A stretch of 58,004 nt of DNA. It comes from Nanobdellota archaeon (GTDB lineage Archaea; Nanobdellota; Nanobdellia; SCGC-AAA011-G17; JAGVZF01). Positions 57,360 through 58,004 of this stretch are shown piece by piece. Numbering within the stretch: position 1 is the stretch's first letter; each line of letters starts with the position of its first letter. Location of the stretch: contig JBBSWI010000003.1 of assembly GCA_038046405.1 (NCBI GenBank), positions 1 to 58,004 of the forward strand. Direction: 5' to 3'. The translations under genes were made by a program, and so were the position numbers. The notes beneath the pieces were generated by a model. The model saw only the letters and a program-made list of their open reading frames with translations, was not told where the DNA came from and did no database searches.

Positions 57360-58004
57360 ATGACTTTAGAGGAAATAATAAAAAAATCCATTAATAGTGT
57401 AAAAAAATCTCTTATACCCATTATATTGAGTAATTCTATGCTACTATCTGCTGTGCAAATTTCCTTTTCAGATATCGGAAGCGTAAAATTTGATGATTAT
57501 ACAAGAGAGCAATTTAAGAATAGGATAAAAGGAAAAAAGATTGTATTGACAAATAAGGATGTAATGCTGATATATGACACCAAAACAAGCACCATAGAAT
57601 ACAATGCACAAAATGTTTCTATAACAAGGTGTATAAACAAAGATTTCTTGCTCGAAATTTATACCAACAGACATCACTTTGATTGGAAGATATTTGGAGA
57701 TACTGAAATAGAGGCACATTCCAAAGATATAGAATTTATTAATTATGGAAACTGCAATATTGGTATAATGCCAAGGCTATTTGACACTTCAATAAGCAAA
57801 GTTATTGGTGGGAGATTAAGCGAACGACAATATACTGCATTGAAAGAGCCTTCTAGAGAAAATCGTGCAGGATATCCACAAGCTGCTACAATAAGAGAAG
57901 AAAATAATCTCGAGGAAGAACGAGGAAAAAACGCGCATAACCTCCCCACCAAAGAGGGTTCATACGCAGAAAAAAAGACTAATTCTAGAACAAAGCAAAA
58001 AAAA
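57360..58004 (+). CDS. Hypothetical protein, partial (runs off the window end)
   Basis: ATG at 57360; open for 215 codons (MTLEEIIKKSINSVKKSLIPIILSNSMLLSAVQISFS...); promoter-like TTTATAAATA upstream. Confidence 0.6.
   Translation, partial: MTLEEIIKKSINSVKKSLIPIILSNSMLLSAVQISFSDIGSVKFDDYTREQFKNRIKGKKIVLTNKDVMLIYDTKTSTIEYNAQNVSITRCINKDFLLEIYTNRHHFDWKIFGDTEIEAHSKDIEFINYGNCNIGIMPRLFDTSISKVIGGRLSERQYTALKEPSRENRAGYPQAATIREENNLEEERGKNAHNLPTKEGSYAEKKTNSRTKQKK

Noticed and set aside
1-58004. CRISPR array, tRNA or rRNA genes
   Set aside because: No regularly spaced repeats, T-loop/cloverleaf signatures or rRNA-like tracts were found by eye. A covariance search could still find small RNAs.

Overview
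AT-rich archaeal chromosomal segment. The gene set (thermosome, SRP54, FtsY, Sec61beta, NAC, Elp3, Sua5, archaeal PheS/PheT, Dph2 fragment, TrmB) and the many orphan genes suggest a DPANN/Woesearchaeota-like archaeon; this taxonomy is inference. Housekeeping genes alternate with accessory genes. Features missed by the ORF track: a >1200-aa YD/RHS protein running off the left edge, the RNase P RNA, Sec61beta, a DUF5679-like zinc ribbon, a DUF4258-like toxin with an ATT start, an amber-interrupted dNMP kinase, and a partial ORF at the right edge. Mobile elements: a tnpB-only IS200/IS605 element, an intein inserted at the catalytic Cys of an IMPDH/GMPR-family enzyme, and a free-standing LAGLIDADG-like gene. 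Strongest candidates for undescribed systems: (1) a head-to-head pair of an exonuclease-intact but polymerase-dead PolB with a PCNA-binding tail and a large Cas4-like PD-(D/E)xK nuclease fusion; (2) an extracytoplasmic thiol/copper operon with two different proteins ending in the identical tag PEMVGGC; (3) a possibly split archaeal RHS toxin locus; (4) a GTWAC-N12-GTWAC operator upstream of several orphan toxin-like genes and of trmB. No CRISPR array, rRNA or tRNA was seen. All family assignments come from motif recognition, not database searches.
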